64,000 nucleotides of DNA, taken from positions 4,218,001 to 4,282,000 of the forward strand of contig CM075996.1 of assembly GCA_038087875.1 (NCBI GenBank), written 5' to 3'. The translations under genes were made by a program, and so were the position numbers. This stretch comes from Malacoraja senta. Lineage: Eukaryota. Below are positions 1 to 12,149 of the stretch, in pieces; within the stretch, counting starts at the first letter, position 1; each line of letters begins with the position of its first letter. The notes under the pieces were generated by a model that searched no databases, was not told the origin of the DNA, and was given only the letters and a program-made list of their open reading frames with translations.

Positions 1-129
1 TAAAAATAAGGGTCATCCAGTTAAGGCAGAGACGAAGAGAATTTTTTTTCTCTGAGGGTTTTGTCCCTTTCTCAAAGGACAGTGGAAGCAGAGTCTTCCA
101 ATAGTTTCTGGCAGAAGCCGGTAAATAAG

Positions 130-660
130 GTCATAAGTGATAGGAGCAGAATTAGGCCATTCGGCCCACAAGTCTACTCTGCCATTCAGTCACAGCTGAT
201 TTATCTTTCCCTCCTAACCCCCATTCTCCTGCTTTCTCCCATAACCCCTGACACCCATGCTAATCAAGAATCAGTCTGAAGAAGGGTCCCGACCTGAAAC
301 GTCGCCTTTCCTTCTATCCATAGATGCTGCCTCACCCGCTGAGTTTCTCCAGCATTTTTGTCGACCTAAGAATTTATTCATCTCTGCCTTAAAAATATCC
401 ATTGACTTGGCCTCCAAAGCCTTCTGTGGCAAAGAATTCCACAGAATCACCACCCTCTGACTAAAGAGATTCCTCCTCATCTCCTTCCTAAAGGAATGTC
501 CTTTAATTCTGAGGCAATTCCCTCTGGTCCTAGACTCTCCCACCAGTGGAAACATCCTCTCCACATCCACTCTATCCAAGCCTTTCATTATTCGGTAAGT
601 TTCAATGAGGTCCCCCTTCATCCATCTAAACTCCAGTGAGTACAGGCCCAGTGGCGTCAA
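130..660 (-). mobile_element. CR1-clade (HER1-like) LINE 3' fragment, interrupted by a Penelope module
   Basis: LGLYSLEFRWMKGDLIETYRIMKGLDRVD..TRGN..FSQRVVILWNSLP. Confidence 0.85.
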
Positions 661-1863
661 AGTAGCAAGAGGGAGAAAGGTTCTTCATATTGGATGACAT
701 TACAATCTGACCAGCTGTGATTTATGAAGTGGCCGAGCAGGCTTGATGGGCTGAATGACCGAAGCTTGCTCCTAATTTATATGTTTGTACGTGGGAATAG
801 AAACTGCCGACAGTGGGAACTCGAAATGAAAACCCAACTGAGAATTCTGCACCCAGCAGCTCGAGCTGCATTTGGAGGGAGGTCTCTGACCTGAATTGTC
901 AACTCTCTGTCTACAGAAGATGCCTGACTTCACAGGTGTTTGCAGCACTTTGGGTTTTTGCTTATTCATCAGTGGGCATGGCTGCCTCCTTTCAAAAATG
1001 TGATTATTCCCCAATCTCTTCAGTTCCGATTTGTTGCTGCTCCTGAATTCCAATGAGGCAAGCCAATCAATGTGACGCAGCATTTGTGCCATGCAGATAC
1101 TCTCTGGGTGGAGGATTTGTATGAAAGTGCTTACCAATAGTCTCTGATGTTCCTAAACCTTGCCGTCATAAGTTCCAGGAGCAGAATCGGGCCCATCAAG
1201 TCTACTCCGCCATTCAATCATGGCTGATCGATCTCTCCCTCTCAACCCCATTCTCCTGCCTTCTCCCCGTAACCCCTGACACCCGTACTAATCAAGAATC
1301 TGTCAACCTCCGCCCTAAAAATATGCATTGATTTGGCCTCCACAGCCGTCTGTGGCAATGAATTCCACAGATTCACCACCATCTGACTAAAGAAACTCTC
1401 CTCTTCTTCTTTCTAAACGTGCGTCAATTTACTCTGAGGCTATGACCTCAAGTCCTATTAAAACATGAGTAAGTCATGAGGGCTATTTTAACACCTGTTA
1501 ACACTCATGATTTAGTTCTCATGCTACTTTAGACTCCAGAAAGCAGGCACAACAAAATCATTAAAAGTTTAGTTAACTTTAGAAATAACAATTTTTTTTT
1601 TCTACCATAGATGCTGTTGCACCCCGCTGAGTTTCTCCAGCACTTTTGTCTCCATCCCTGGGATAATTCCTGTAAACCTCCTCTAGTGCCTCTCCAACGC
1701 CAGCACATCCTTCTTCAGATATGGGGCCCAAAACTGCACACAATACTCCAAATGCAGTCTGACCAGTGCCTTATCAGGCCTCAGCACTACATACATTACA
1801 AATCTTTCGCTCAAGTTTTGGGGGGGCATAATGATTTAATTTCCTTCCCCTCTCTTGTTCTAG

Positions 1864-1959
1864 GTACCACACAGGCTGCTGACCTTTCAGTTGGTCCCTG
1901 GTGTGGACGTGTGCTTGCTGTGTGGACCAACTCCATCTTTGCAGCAAGTTCAGACAGAG
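1864..1959 (+). CDS. FUZ: FUZ (fuzzy planar cell polarity protein) internal coding exon, 96 nt
   Basis: tag|GTA..GAG|gtgagg. Translates VPHRLLTFQLVPGVDVCLLCGPTPSLQQVQTE, matching recalled human FUZ VPHRLLTLTLLPSLELCLLCGPSPPLSQLYPQ. Confidence 0.9.
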
Positions 1960-2684
1960 GTGAGGCAAAGGTCCTTTACAGCTGTCGTCAGCCAACTGTC
2001 AGCTCTGATTTTGTTTTTTGCACGCTGCTGTTATTTTGCTTCATTGCAGTTTTTCTCCCCCCCCCCCCCCAAACTCTCCTGCAAATCTTTTAACCAGAAG
2101 TTACTGCACAAAGATCAGAAGCTGGATCGGTCGATTGATTGAAAGATCCAGCAGGGAAACAGGCCCTTCGGCCCCCCGAGTCCACTCCGACCATCGATCA
2201 CCCGTTCACCCTAATCTAGTGTCATCCCCCTTCTGCATACCACTCCCACACATTGCGGCCTATTTAACCCACAAACCCGCACGTTATTTGGCCATGGAAG
2301 AAACCGGAGCATCTGGAGGAAACCCATGCAGCCGCACGAGAACGTGCAAACTCCACACAGACAGCACCCGCGGTCAGGATCAAACTCGGGTCTCTGGCGC
2401 TGAGAGGCAGCAGATCTATCCACCGGCTGCGGCACTGAGAGTTGAGAGAGCAAACCTGAATTGATTATCACTCTCTGTGACCAGATTTCACTACATCAGC
2501 AGAGAAGCTGGAGGTCGTTTTACTGACCTATTCGCAAGCGTGGAAAGTAGCCGAGTCAGCTCCTCCGCAGAGTATCATCTACAGTGCAAGCGACTGGAAG
2601 GGGGTTGATATCGTCGAAAGAGTTGGATGTATATTGTTCCTGCAATATGTGACATTATTTGCATTTTCTTTCTCCTGCCTCCAG

Positions 2685-2791
2685 TTAGTGGAACGATTCT
2701 GGAGCCCAGTGCTTGAACCTTTAAAAACATGCCTCAGCTTACATCAGTGCACTTTCCCCATCTGCATTCCTTTACACCACAGCATTATTGG
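2685..2791 (+). CDS. FUZ: FUZ coding exon, 107 nt
   Basis: Pyrimidine tract plus cag|TTA..TGG|gtaagt. LVERFWSPVLEPLKTCLSLHQCTFPICIPLHHSIIG resembles human LLERWWQPLLDPLRACLPLGPRALPSGFPLHTDILG; phase 0 to 2. Confidence 0.88.
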
Positions 2792-3655
2792 GTAAGTTGT
2801 CCTTTGATATTTCAAATAAAATGAGAGATGTCAACCAGACCAGACAAGGGCGGCATGGTGGCGCAGCAGTGGGGCTGTTGCCTAACAGTGCCAGGGACCC
2901 CGGGTTCGATCCTGACTGCGGGTGCTGTCTGTACGGAGTTAGTACGTTCTCCCCGTGACCTGCGTGGGTTTTCTCCGGGATCTCCGGTTTCCTACCACAC
3001 ACTCCAAAGACGTGCGGGTTTCTAGGTGTAAGAAAGAACTGCAGATGCTGGATAAAATCGAAGGTAGACGCAAAAGCTGGAGTGACTCTGCGGGTGAGGC
3101 AGCATCTATGGAGAGAAGGAATGGGTGACGTTTCGGGTCGAGACCCTGCGAGGGTCTCGACCCGAAACGTCACCCATTCCTTCTCTCCATAGATGCTGCC
3201 TCACCCGCTAAGTTACTCCAGCATTTTGCGTCTACCTAGGTTTCTAGGTTAATTGGCTTGGTATGTGTGAATTGTCCCCAGTGTGTGTATGTGGGATGGT
3301 GTTTGTGTGCGGGGATCGTTGGGGGGGGGGTGGACTCGGTGGGCCGAAGGGCTGTTTCTGCGCTGTATCTCTAAAACTAAACTAAACCAGACAATCAGAG
3401 CATGTGCATGTTCAAGACCACAAACACTTAGTTTAGAGATACAGTGTGGAAACGGGCCCACCGAGTCCACGCCTACCATCGTTCACCCGGCACACTCGTT
3501 TTAGGCTATCCCTACATGCTGGGAGTAATTTACAGAAGCCAATTAACCCCCATTCCCCTGCATGTCTTTGGGATGTGGGAGGAAACCGGAGCACCCGGAG
3601 AAAAACCCATGTTGTCACAGGGAGAACGTATTTACTCCACACAGACAAGATCTGT

Positions 3656-3750
3656 AGTCAGGATCCAGCACTATGAGGCATTAACACTCCCGCTGCTCCA
3701 CTTAGTGGAGCAGCGGGAGTGTTAATGCCTCATAGTGCTGGATCCTGACT
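3656..3750. repeat. Perfect palindrome, 47-bp arms with a 1-nt spacer
   Basis: 3656-3702 is the exact reverse complement of 3704-3750. Confidence 0.95.
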
Positions 3751-5746
3751 CTACCCAAGCCGGAGGCCTTCACTTGTCTCTCCTGATTTTATGGAGCTGC
3801 CTCTTGAACATGAGAGAACTTTAGTCCCTATCCTGCCTTGGGAATGATTCCCATTGTGGCGGTCCCTGGGGATTAGGCCACCCCTTGGGTCATCCCCCTC
3901 GGCTCTTGAGGAACAGGGACGATTGTCTGCCCACAGGGTTTCCGGGTTCCTAGTCGGGGGCGTTCTGTGTGTTCGCCAGGATTCATTAAACCTGCCTGGC
4001 GTCTGGCCTTTCCTGACCTCGTCCAGGCCACTACACCATCAACAATATGACATCCCTTGGAAAAACTGGCCTTCCCATCGGGCACAGAATCATCTCAACA
4101 GAAATGACCTCTCCCGCATTGCTCTTTCTCTCTACCGCTCGTTCCTTCCTTATGGCTTTACTCTCTAATTCCCTCTTTCCACTCTCAATTGACTCTCTCC
4201 ACCCCCCGGCTGCTACCTCCCTGAACCTCTCTCCGAACCATTCCATCCTTGCCTCAATAAGCCATTCCATCAAGGCCGTTTCCTTCCCCCCCCTCGCTCC
4301 TCTGCTTTTCGGGGCTAATACCTCCCTGCCCTGCCTCACCCAGCCTGCTCCCTCAACACATCACCCCGTCTCCCCGTCACCGCTTCTCCAATTTACCCAC
4401 TTGTCTGCAACTTTTCTTTCTAGGTAATAAGTGTTCTATCTCTCATCTTTTCAGTCCTCTAAGTGTTGTAAATAATGCTTATCACATTATCTTAAACATA
4501 GCTTTTCTTTCCCTGAGCTCCTTGCAATTCTAACCATCACTCCATCCTACAGACTTTAAAATCTAAGCAGGCTTTTGCTACCTTCCCATTATTTACCCAA
4601 CTGTCTTGCTACTTTTGCCTGCGATTTGTTGGTGTCTGGAAACACACACACACACACACACGGGTTCCCTTCAAGCTTGGGTAAAATTCATCGTCCAATA
4701 TGTGTTCTGCCTTGTTAATATGAAATAATTAAATGCATATATATATTTTCTACAGAAATGATTAATTCCCGAAAATAGGATGTCATGTTATTTGCCACTA
4801 TGGTTTTACTCTAGTGGAGGCTTTCAGCATTTGAAGAACGTTCAACGATGCCACGAAAATAACTGGAATGTTGGCAACTTTGGACGTCGTACAGTGGTTT
4901 AGTTTAGTTTAGAGAAACAGCGCGCAAGCAGGCCCGGCCCACCCAGTCCGCGCCCACCAGCGATCTCCGCACATTAACACCATCCTACACATACTACGGA
5001 CCTTTTACAATTTTACCAAAGTCAATTAACCTACAAACTTGCACGTCTTTGGAATGGGGGGGGGGGGGGTGGGAAACACACACACACCCACACTGGTCAC
5101 GGGGAGAGCGTACAAACTCCGTATAGAGAGCACCTTTGGTCAAGAACGAACCCGGGTGTCTGTTGCTGCAAGGCAGCAATTCGACCACTACACCACCGTG
5201 CTGCCCTAGTGGTGTTGAATGTGGGGCGACAAAATGGTTTGGTGGGATTTTGTTTGGGAGGGATGGTGTTGGATGAAAAAGAGTGAATCCATTGAGATTT
5301 TAAGCGGTAGTTTTGGTTCCTTAAGATTTTATAAGACAGGAGTAATGGGGACGCGCTTGGTTCATTGGGATTGTTTGCCGAAGAGATGGATTGGTACTTC
5401 TAATAACAGTTTAGTATCGTGGGAGCAGTAGAGAGTACAGAACCTTTTGGGAATTCTATCCAAATTCTACCAATTCCAATTTATAGATAGTGGTTCCGCA
5501 TCTGCATCCTGGTCCAGGTGTTAAATATGGCTAATTATCTAATGTTTGCACTTGCTTGGTGCAGTGTTCTTGTATTCACTTTGATTTGCTGAGGTTGTGC
5601 ATTGTTCAGGCTTGGGGACAGTGGTCTGTGAATTGTTGATAGAAATACCAATCCAAGCAGTTCTCAAGGCCGATTACCATATCTCCTCATTCAGCTGTTT
5701 TTTTTTTTTTTTTGGCTTTGGCTGATCTATGGTCTTGTTTCTCCAG

Positions 5747-5826
5747 TCTTCTGCTAATAAACAGGGAACAGAACAAGAATTTATTCACCTTGCAGCCCCA
5801 TGGCGTGGAAAGCAGCCAGCAGCTGG
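5747..5826 (+). CDS. FUZ: FUZ coding exon, 80 nt
   Basis: ctccag|TCT..TGG|gtaagc. (G)LLLINREQNKNLFTLQPHGVESSQQL resembles human GLLLLHLELKRCLFTVEPLG; phase 2 to 1 fits the neighbours. Confidence 0.82.
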
Positions 5827-6239
5827 GTAAGCATCCAGCCGAGCTGCATTACAGCTGATGGCAACAGTGACCGATCTCTAGCGCTGCATTGCCTTAAGGG
5901 CCTGTCCCACTTACGTGTCCTTGGCACGCAAATTACGTGACCTCGTGGTCGCGTTGAGCCTCGATGGTCCCGCGAAGGTCGCTCGCGATTACATGAGTCC
6001 GCACAGCCGTCGGGAGCGCGTGACGTCATTTGAAGATGGACACAAAGCTGGAGTAACTCAGCGGGACCGGCAGCATCTCTGGAGAGAAGCAATGGGTGAT
6101 GTTTCGTGTCGAGACTCTTCTTCAGTCTGAAAAGAAGGGTCTTGACCCGAAACGTCACCCATTCCTTCTCTCCAGAGATGCTGCCGGTCTCGCTGAGTTA
6201 CTCCTGCATTTTGTGTCCATCTTCAATTTTCTTGGCCCC

Positions 6240-6275
<36 letters not shown>

Positions 6276-6372
6276 CCGTAAATGTTTTTTTATTAGATTT
6301 TTAAACAAATGTACAATTTACAAGGAAGGGTAGAAAGCTCACACAATTTTAAAAACCATTTACACATAATTA

Positions 6373-9300
6373 TCAAATTAAAATATTAACATTTTTATCT
6401 ATAATATATTCAACCTCCTGCGGTGACCAGCATTCACAGAAGGCCTCCACAGTCCCCGTGGACACCGCGTGTTCCCTCTCTAGGGACACGCGGGCACGGA
6501 CGTAACCCCGGAAAAGGGGCAGGCAGCCGACCGCTGTGCGGCCATCGACCGCCCGCTGCCTGGACCCGCGAATGGCCATCTTGGCCAGGCCCAGGAGCAG
6601 TCCGACAGGGAGACCCCCTCCTCCCTCCCGACCCTCCCCCCTCTTTACCGGGTGCCCATAAATTAATAGCGTTGGACTAAAATGTAACCAAAACTTGAGG
6701 AGCAGCCCTTTCAGATACTCGAACAGGGGCTGCAACCTCTCGCACTCTATATACACGTGGAACACGGTCTCTTCCTCACCGCAGAAATGACAAGCAGGGG
6801 AAGAGTCCGTGAACCGGCTCAAGTACCTATTACAGGCCACGGCTTTGTGCAAAACTCTCCACCCCAGGTCCCCGATGTAAAGGGGGAGGACTCCCTTGTA
6901 GAGATACCTCCACTGGGGACCGCTCCCCTCGTCAGGTGGTAACACGGACCGCCAGGGTGTGTCTGGACGGAAGACGAGGGCGAGGAAGTGGAGAGTGTGC
7001 AAGAGCAGCCTGTACAGTACACGCCTCTCCGCGCCACGGAATGGCACACTGGGCATCTCAGAAAGGCGGCTCATGTTGCATGGGGCCGGCTCTCGGGGAG
7101 GGTCCCGGGCCATGGGCCCTATGAACAATTCCGACTGAGCGGGGGTAAGCTCGTCCGGAATCGCTCCATGCACACGCCTCTCCTCGATACCCACCGTCAC
7201 AGCCACGACACCCCCCTCCCCCTGAGGAGCAGGGCCCTGGCTGAAGGTGACCAAATTCCTGGCCTTCAGGACTTCACGGTAAAAGCCAGGCAACTCCCGC
7301 CTAGCGCGTCGACTCATGCCCGCTACCGGGAGCCGGGAGCCCTCCTGAAGGCACCGCCCCTGACGGAAAAAGTACGTCGCCAGCACGTGCCATTTAGGAG
7401 GGTAGTCCGAGTAGACGTACCTCCGCAGGGTCCTGAGTCGGAGAGCCGCCACCTGGGTACGAATACAGACCAGCGCCTGACCACCCTCCTCCAACGGGAG
7501 ACTCAGAACCCCAGCAGAGACCCAGTGGTTCCTCTCCCCCCAGAAGAAGTTGACCAATCTCCTCTGTAACATGGTTATAAAATAAGAGGATGGGACCATA
7601 GTGGCCATCCGGTACCACAGTAGAGAGGCCACCAGCTGGTTTATAACTATAGCCCTGCCCCGGTAAGAGAGCACACCAAGTAGGCCTGACCAACGTCCCA
7701 GCCGGGCGACCACTTTCGCCTCCAGCTCCTGCCAGTTCGCCGGCCACCCCTCCTCAGCGGGACTCAGGTAGACCCCCAGATAAAGGAGGTGCGTTGTACT
7801 CCACGCAAAACCTGCCATCTCCTCCGGCAGGGAGTCCACCTGCCACCCACCCATCAAGAGACCAGAACACTTCCCCCAGTTGATCCTGGCGGAGGATGCA
7901 GCCGAGAAAACCTGCTGGCACTCACGCATCCTCCGCAGGTCAACAGGGTCGGTGAACATCAGAAGGACATCATCGGCGTAGGCCGAGAGAACCACCTCCA
8001 TCCCCGGCCCCGGTAAAGCCAGGCCTGTCAACCGCCTCCGGAGAAGGCACAGGAAAGGCTCGACACAGATGGAATACAGCTGGCCGGACATGGGACATCC
8101 CTGACGAACCCCCCTCCCAAAGGGAATGGGGGCCAACAAAGAGCCGTTGACCTTAACAAGGCATTCTGCAGCAGTATATAACAGTCGGACCCAGGCCACA
8201 AAATGCGGTCCAAATCCGAACGCCTGCAGAGTCCCAAGAAGGTAGTCGTGCTCCACCCTGTCAAACGCCTTCTCCTGGTCGAGGGAGAGAAAGGCGACCG
8301 ACTGACCAGCCCCCTGGGACAGATGGATCAGGTCCCGGAGCAGATGGATATTGTCCTGGATGGACCGGCCCGGGACTGTGTACGACTGGTCAGGGTGGAT
8401 CACCTGGGACAGCACGGGACCCAGGCGATTCGCCAATGCCCTTGCAAAGACTTTATAGTCCGTGCTGAGGAGAGAGACCGGGCGCCAGTTCTTCAAAAGG
8501 CGAAGATCGCCCTTCTTGGGCAGCAGGACAACAACTGCCCTGCGCCAAGAGAAAGGCATCTCCCCGGTCGCCATGCTCTCCCCCAGGACCTTCATATAGT
8601 CGCCCCCCAGGACATCCCAGAAGGCTCTAAGGTACTCCACAGTCAGCCCATCCAGCCCTGGAGACTTGCCCCTCCTAAGCTGGTGCAGGGCACCAGTCAA
8701 CTCCTCCAGAGTTAGGGGATCATCCAGGTGTTCAGCCACATCATTGCACACTACGGGTAAGCCCTCCCACAGGACTTCTTGCGCCTCCCCACTCGATGTG
8801 CCAGCTGAGAACAGAGTCCTGTAGAAAGACCGAACCGAGGCACCAATGCTCTCTGGATCTGTGACAGAGGAGCCATCATCCGCAAGCAACTCTACAAGCT
8901 GCCTGCGGGCTCCTCGCCCCTTCTCCAGAGAAAAGAAAAAGGGGGAGGCGCGGTCCAGGTCGTGCAACATCTGGACCCGCGACCTCACATACGCACCCCG
9001 GGACCTCCTAAGCTGCAAGTCCCTCAGTGCTCCCTTCTTCTCCTGGTATTCCTCCCACTCACACGAAGCCCCACCAGTCTGATCCAGATGAGCCTCCGAG
9101 TCGAGCAACTCTCTCTCAAGCCGTCCGATCTCGGATTCCCGCCCCTTGGTCGACCCCCTCGCATAGTCCTGGCAAAACTGACGGACGTAGACTTTCCCCA
9201 CGTCCCACCACTGCCTTAGGGAAAGGAAACGCCCCTGCCTCTCTCTCCACCTCACCCAGAACTGCCTGAATGAATCCCGGAATCGGCAATCCTCCAACAG

Positions 9301-10050
9301 CTGGCTATTTAAATGCCAGTACGCGGACCCTGCCCGTGTGCGCGCTGGGATAAAGTCCACTCGCACCAGGCAATGGTCCGAGCATGGCGCCGGCTGCATG
9401 GAGGCTGCCGAAACACAAGAGACATAGGCCTTGGACACGTATAAATGATCAATACGGGACCCACCACCCTCAAACCTGTACGAGAAGGCGTTAGAGTCAG
9501 GATGGAAATTCCGCCAAGCATCTACCAGCTCAAAAGAGTCCACCATCTCCCTCAAAGTCTTCACTGCTCCCGGGTCACGCTGAACGCCAGAGCGATCTCT
9601 TGTCTCAAGGGCACAATTAAAATCTCCCCCAAGGAAAACACACTCCCCACGGTCGATAGTATTCAACAACGTGGTCACTTCCCCTGTTAAGCGCGTCTGC
9701 ATTGCGCCGATCTTGGGGGCGTACACATTAACGAAGTGTAATGGCACACCATCCAAGCGCACGGCCAGATACAGCAAACGGCCTGGTACAACCTCCTGCA
9801 CTTTGAGGATCTCCGGCTGGAAAGACGGGGCCAACAGGAAGGCTACTCCACTCGATTTGGAGCTGAGATGACTCATATAGACCCCCCCTTCCCACTCCAG
9901 GAGCCATGTGGGTTCATCACTAGCCACAGTGTGTGTTTCCTGCAGGAAGCTCACCGCATATCTCCCGTCTCTGAGCACTGAGAGATGGTGAAACCTACGG
10001 AGAGACCCCCTGCCCCCATTGATATTAAGGCTGGCTATAGTGAGCTTCAT
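6373..10050 (-). CDS. Tx1 ORF2: APE endonuclease + reverse transcriptase + C-terminal CCHC zinc finger, 1225 aa, uninterrupted
   Basis: APE motifs SLNING, FLQETH, NVYAP, GGDFN, SRID, SDH. RT motifs KSPGLDG, NWRPVSLL, LDQEKAFDRV, GVRQGCPMSG, YADD, YLG. C-terminal CHFCGEEETVFHVYIEC. Confidence 0.95.
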   Translation of the reverse strand: MKLTIASLNINGGRGSLRRFHHLSVLRDGRYAVSFLQETHTVASDEPTWLLEWEGGVYMSHLSSKSSGVAFLLAPSFQPEILKVQEVVPGRLLYLAVRLDGVPLHFVNVYAPKIGAMQTRLTGEVTTLLNTIDRGECVFLGGDFNCALETRDRSGVQRDPGAVKTLREMVDSFELVDAWRNFHPDSNAFSYRFEGGGSRIDHLYVSKAYVSCVSAASMQPAPCSDHCLVRVDFIPARTRAGSAYWHLNSQLLEDCRFRDSFRQFWVRWRERQGRFLSLRQWWDVGKVYVRQFCQDYARGSTKGRESEIGRLERELLDSEAHLDQTGGASCEWEEYQEKKGALRDLQLRRSRGAYVRSRVQMLHDLDRASPFFFSLEKGRGARRQLVELLADDGSSVTDPESIGASVRSFYRTLFSAGTSSGEAQEVLWEGLPVVCNDVAEHLDDPLTLEELTGALHQLRRGKSPGLDGLTVEYLRAFWDVLGGDYMKVLGESMATGEMPFSWRRAVVVLLPKKGDLRLLKNWRPVSLLSTDYKVFARALANRLGPVLSQVIHPDQSYTVPGRSIQDNIHLLRDLIHLSQGAGQSVAFLSLDQEKAFDRVEHDYLLGTLQAFGFGPHFVAWVRLLYTAAECLVKVNGSLLAPIPFGRGVRQGCPMSGQLYSICVEPFLCLLRRRLTGLALPGPGMEVVLSAYADDVLLMFTDPVDLRRMRECQQVFSAASSARINWGKCSGLLMGGWQVDSLPEEMAGFAWSTTHLLYLGVYLSPAEEGWPANWQELEAKVVARLGRWSGLLGVLSYRGRAIVINQLVASLLWYRMATMVPSSYFITMLQRRLVNFFWGERNHWVSAGVLSLPLEEGGQALVCIRTQVAALRLRTLRRYVYSDYPPKWHVLATYFFRQGRCLQEGSRLPVAGMSRRARRELPGFYREVLKARNLVTFSQGPAPQGEGGVVAVTVGIEERRVHGAIPDELTPAQSELFIGPMARDPPREPAPCNMSRLSEMPSVPFRGAERRVLYRLLLHTLHFLALVFRPDTPWRSVLPPDEGSGPQWRYLYKGVLPLYIGDLGWRVLHKAVACNRYLSRFTDSSPACHFCGEEETVFHVYIECERLQPLFEYLKGLLLKFWLHFSPTLLIYGHPVKRGEGREGGGGLPVGLLLGLAKMAIRGSRQRAVDGRTAVGCLPLFRGYVRARVSLEREHAVSTGTVEAFCECWSPQEVEYIIDKNVNILI

Positions 10051-12149
10051 TTTGAAAGTACACTTGATCTTTTACCCGACCCCGGTGATGGATTGGAGCC
10101 GCCCCTACCCTTCTTCCCTCTCTTTAGGGCCTTAAAAAGCTCTTGGAACTGGCGCCTCTCATTTCTTACTAGCCCCGCCTCATTCCCCTTCTTCTGAAGG
10201 ATGGCATGAATGGACTGCATGGGCGCCATCAGGTCCGACCAGCGGTCGACAGCCAACTCCACCTTGTTCCTACTCCCTCTAGTGTCCTTTAAGAACTTCC
10301 GAAGTTCCCAGACTTCGACAAGTTGAGACACGGGGCCGCGGGTGGAGCAGTCCGTCAACTCATTGTCGATGGACTCCGGGTACCCCTCCTCCTCACACTC
10401 AATGTCCGAGCCCGAGTCCAGATGGTTACTACTCTCAGCCGCCTCGCTCACCCCTCCCTGTGAGGTGGGCATTCCAGCCACATCACACAGTCCCTCCTCT
10501 GTCACCATCCCACCCCCAGGATCAGTGACAGGGGCAGGTACCGGTGCCTCTGACCGCGGCAAGCTTTCTGACAGTTGGCCAGTCTCCTGCACGCTCCCAT
10601 CGCCCTCTGTAACCAGATTGGGAACAGTGAACTCAGAGCAAGTCTCCGGGCCTTGCTGTAAGCGGGTCTGTCTGGAGTCCGACCTAAGGACACGATCCAA
10701 AACGATCTTGCCCTCCTCCGCACCCAGGGTATCCGCCCCTGCACCGTCACCCAGAGAGTCCCCGTCCCCCACCACCAGGTGAATCACCCCACTGTGTCCC
10801 TCAGGGGCCGATGTTACTGGAGTCTCCCCTGCTCCCTCAACCAGTGGGGCATTACACCCCTCAACTGGGCTTGTAGCCTCAACGGGGAGCTCATGTTGGG
10901 GACCCACCCCCTCACCCAATTCCCCCCCTTCAGGCTGCCCCTGGTCATCCACTAAGCTAGCAGACATGTTTTCTGGGGGAACAGCCCCCAAGAGCAATAT
11001 ATCGCCACTCTCAGGTGGCCCCAGACCTACAGAGGCATCCTCCCCCTCAGAGGAAACTTGCCCTGGGTACCCCACCTCAACAGGAGGGGAAGGCTCCCCT
11101 TCAGGTTGCCCCTGAACTTCAGGGCCCTTCTCTGTATCGGACGACCCATGCCTCCTCCTCTTCGAACCACTGGCGTACGGTGGTACGGTGAGCTCCATTG
11201 CAGAAGCCTCTACCTCCACATTACCTTCTATCTCAGAGGCGAGCATGAAATTATCTGCTTCCTGGGGTCCCGCTTGGAGGTGATCATCTTCTAGGGGATC
11301 AGCCTGGAGATGTTTCTTCTTTTTATTGACTTTCCTCCCCTGCTGATGCTCCCAAACCTTCCCATCCACCCTACGCACTTCTCCGGCATCCACCGCCACA
11401 GGTACGGGACATGGGGGTGGTGGGGGGATAGGGGTTGGGGGTAGGGGAGTAAAGCCTTCACGGGCCACCGTGGTAAAACCAGCAGCCCCAGATGGGCCAG
11501 TAGTGCTTTCCCGTGCCATCGTGGTGGAACTGGCAGCCCGGGTCCTGGGACAATTCTTGCGAAAATGCCCCACCTGTTTGCAACCGTGACAACGCACTTG
11601 GCCCGCATTCCAGAACACGCGATAGGAGAAATCATCCACCTCCACCTCAAAACTCCCCTCCGTGTCCATCCCCTTTGCCAACTGTATATACACGCGACGC
11701 TTGAACGTATATACATGCTGCATCTCAGGATCGTCAAACCTGTACAACAGTTTGGTGAGCCCTGACCGCACCTCCCCCAGCTTCCTTACATGTGGGAGCA
11801 GGAGCGCATCCGGAACAAAAGTGGGAACATTGGACAGAATGACCGGCAAAACGGGACCCCCCCATGGGTCCACCGCCGCGAAAATCCCCCCTGCTGTTAC
11901 CCCCCTTTCCAGAGCCAGAGCCACCGCCTGTTCAGTCTTTAGTATAACCACAACCTTCCCACTGACCACCGCGCCCGAGACTATGGCTTTCTTGCCAACA
12001 GTCTCACCCAACGCATCTAGAAAGGCTTTTAAGGGCAGGTTGCTCTTCATGTACATTTTTACACCATATGTGCGCCCCATCAACTCATGGCCCTCAGTCT
12101 CTGAGACTGCCGACCGCACGACAGCTGCATAACTCTGAGGGGCCGCCAT
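10047..12149 (-). CDS. Tx1 ORF1 (gag-like RNA-binding protein), 700 aa from the ATG at 12149
   Basis: Starts MAAPQSYAAVV. Tx1-type VILSNVPTF..HVYTFKRRVYIQL block, zinc knuckle CHGCKQVGHFRKNC and a long acidic/Pro-rich linker. Stop overlaps the ORF2 start (ATGA). Confidence 0.9.
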   Translation of the reverse strand: MAAPQSYAAVVRSAVSETEGHELMGRTYGVKMYMKSNLPLKAFLDALGETVGKKAIVSGAVVSGKVVVILKTEQAVALALERGVTAGGIFAAVDPWGGPVLPVILSNVPTFVPDALLLPHVRKLGEVRSGLTKLLYRFDDPEMQHVYTFKRRVYIQLAKGMDTEGSFEVEVDDFSYRVFWNAGQVRCHGCKQVGHFRKNCPRTRAASSTTMARESTTGPSGAAGFTTVAREGFTPLPPTPIPPPPPCPVPVAVDAGEVRRVDGKVWEHQQGRKVNKKKKHLQADPLEDDHLQAGPQEADNFMLASEIEGNVEVEASAMELTVPPYASGSKRRRHGSSDTEKGPEVQGQPEGEPSPPVEVGYPGQVSSEGEDASVGLGPPESGDILLLGAVPPENMSASLVDDQGQPEGGELGEGVGPQHELPVEATSPVEGCNAPLVEGAGETPVTSAPEGHSGVIHLVVGDGDSLGDGAGADTLGAEEGKIVLDRVLRSDSRQTRLQQGPETCSEFTVPNLVTEGDGSVQETGQLSESLPRSEAPVPAPVTDPGGGMVTEEGLCDVAGMPTSQGGVSEAAESSNHLDSGSDIECEEEGYPESIDNELTDCSTRGPVSQLVEVWELRKFLKDTRGSRNKVELAVDRWSDLMAPMQSIHAILQKKGNEAGLVRNERRQFQELFKALKRGKKGRGGSNPSPGSGKRSSVLSK

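Noticed and set aside
3854..4427. Overlapping 100-126 aa ORFs as a gene or viral remnant
   Set aside because: No recognisable motif, compositionally biased, and inside a FUZ intron.
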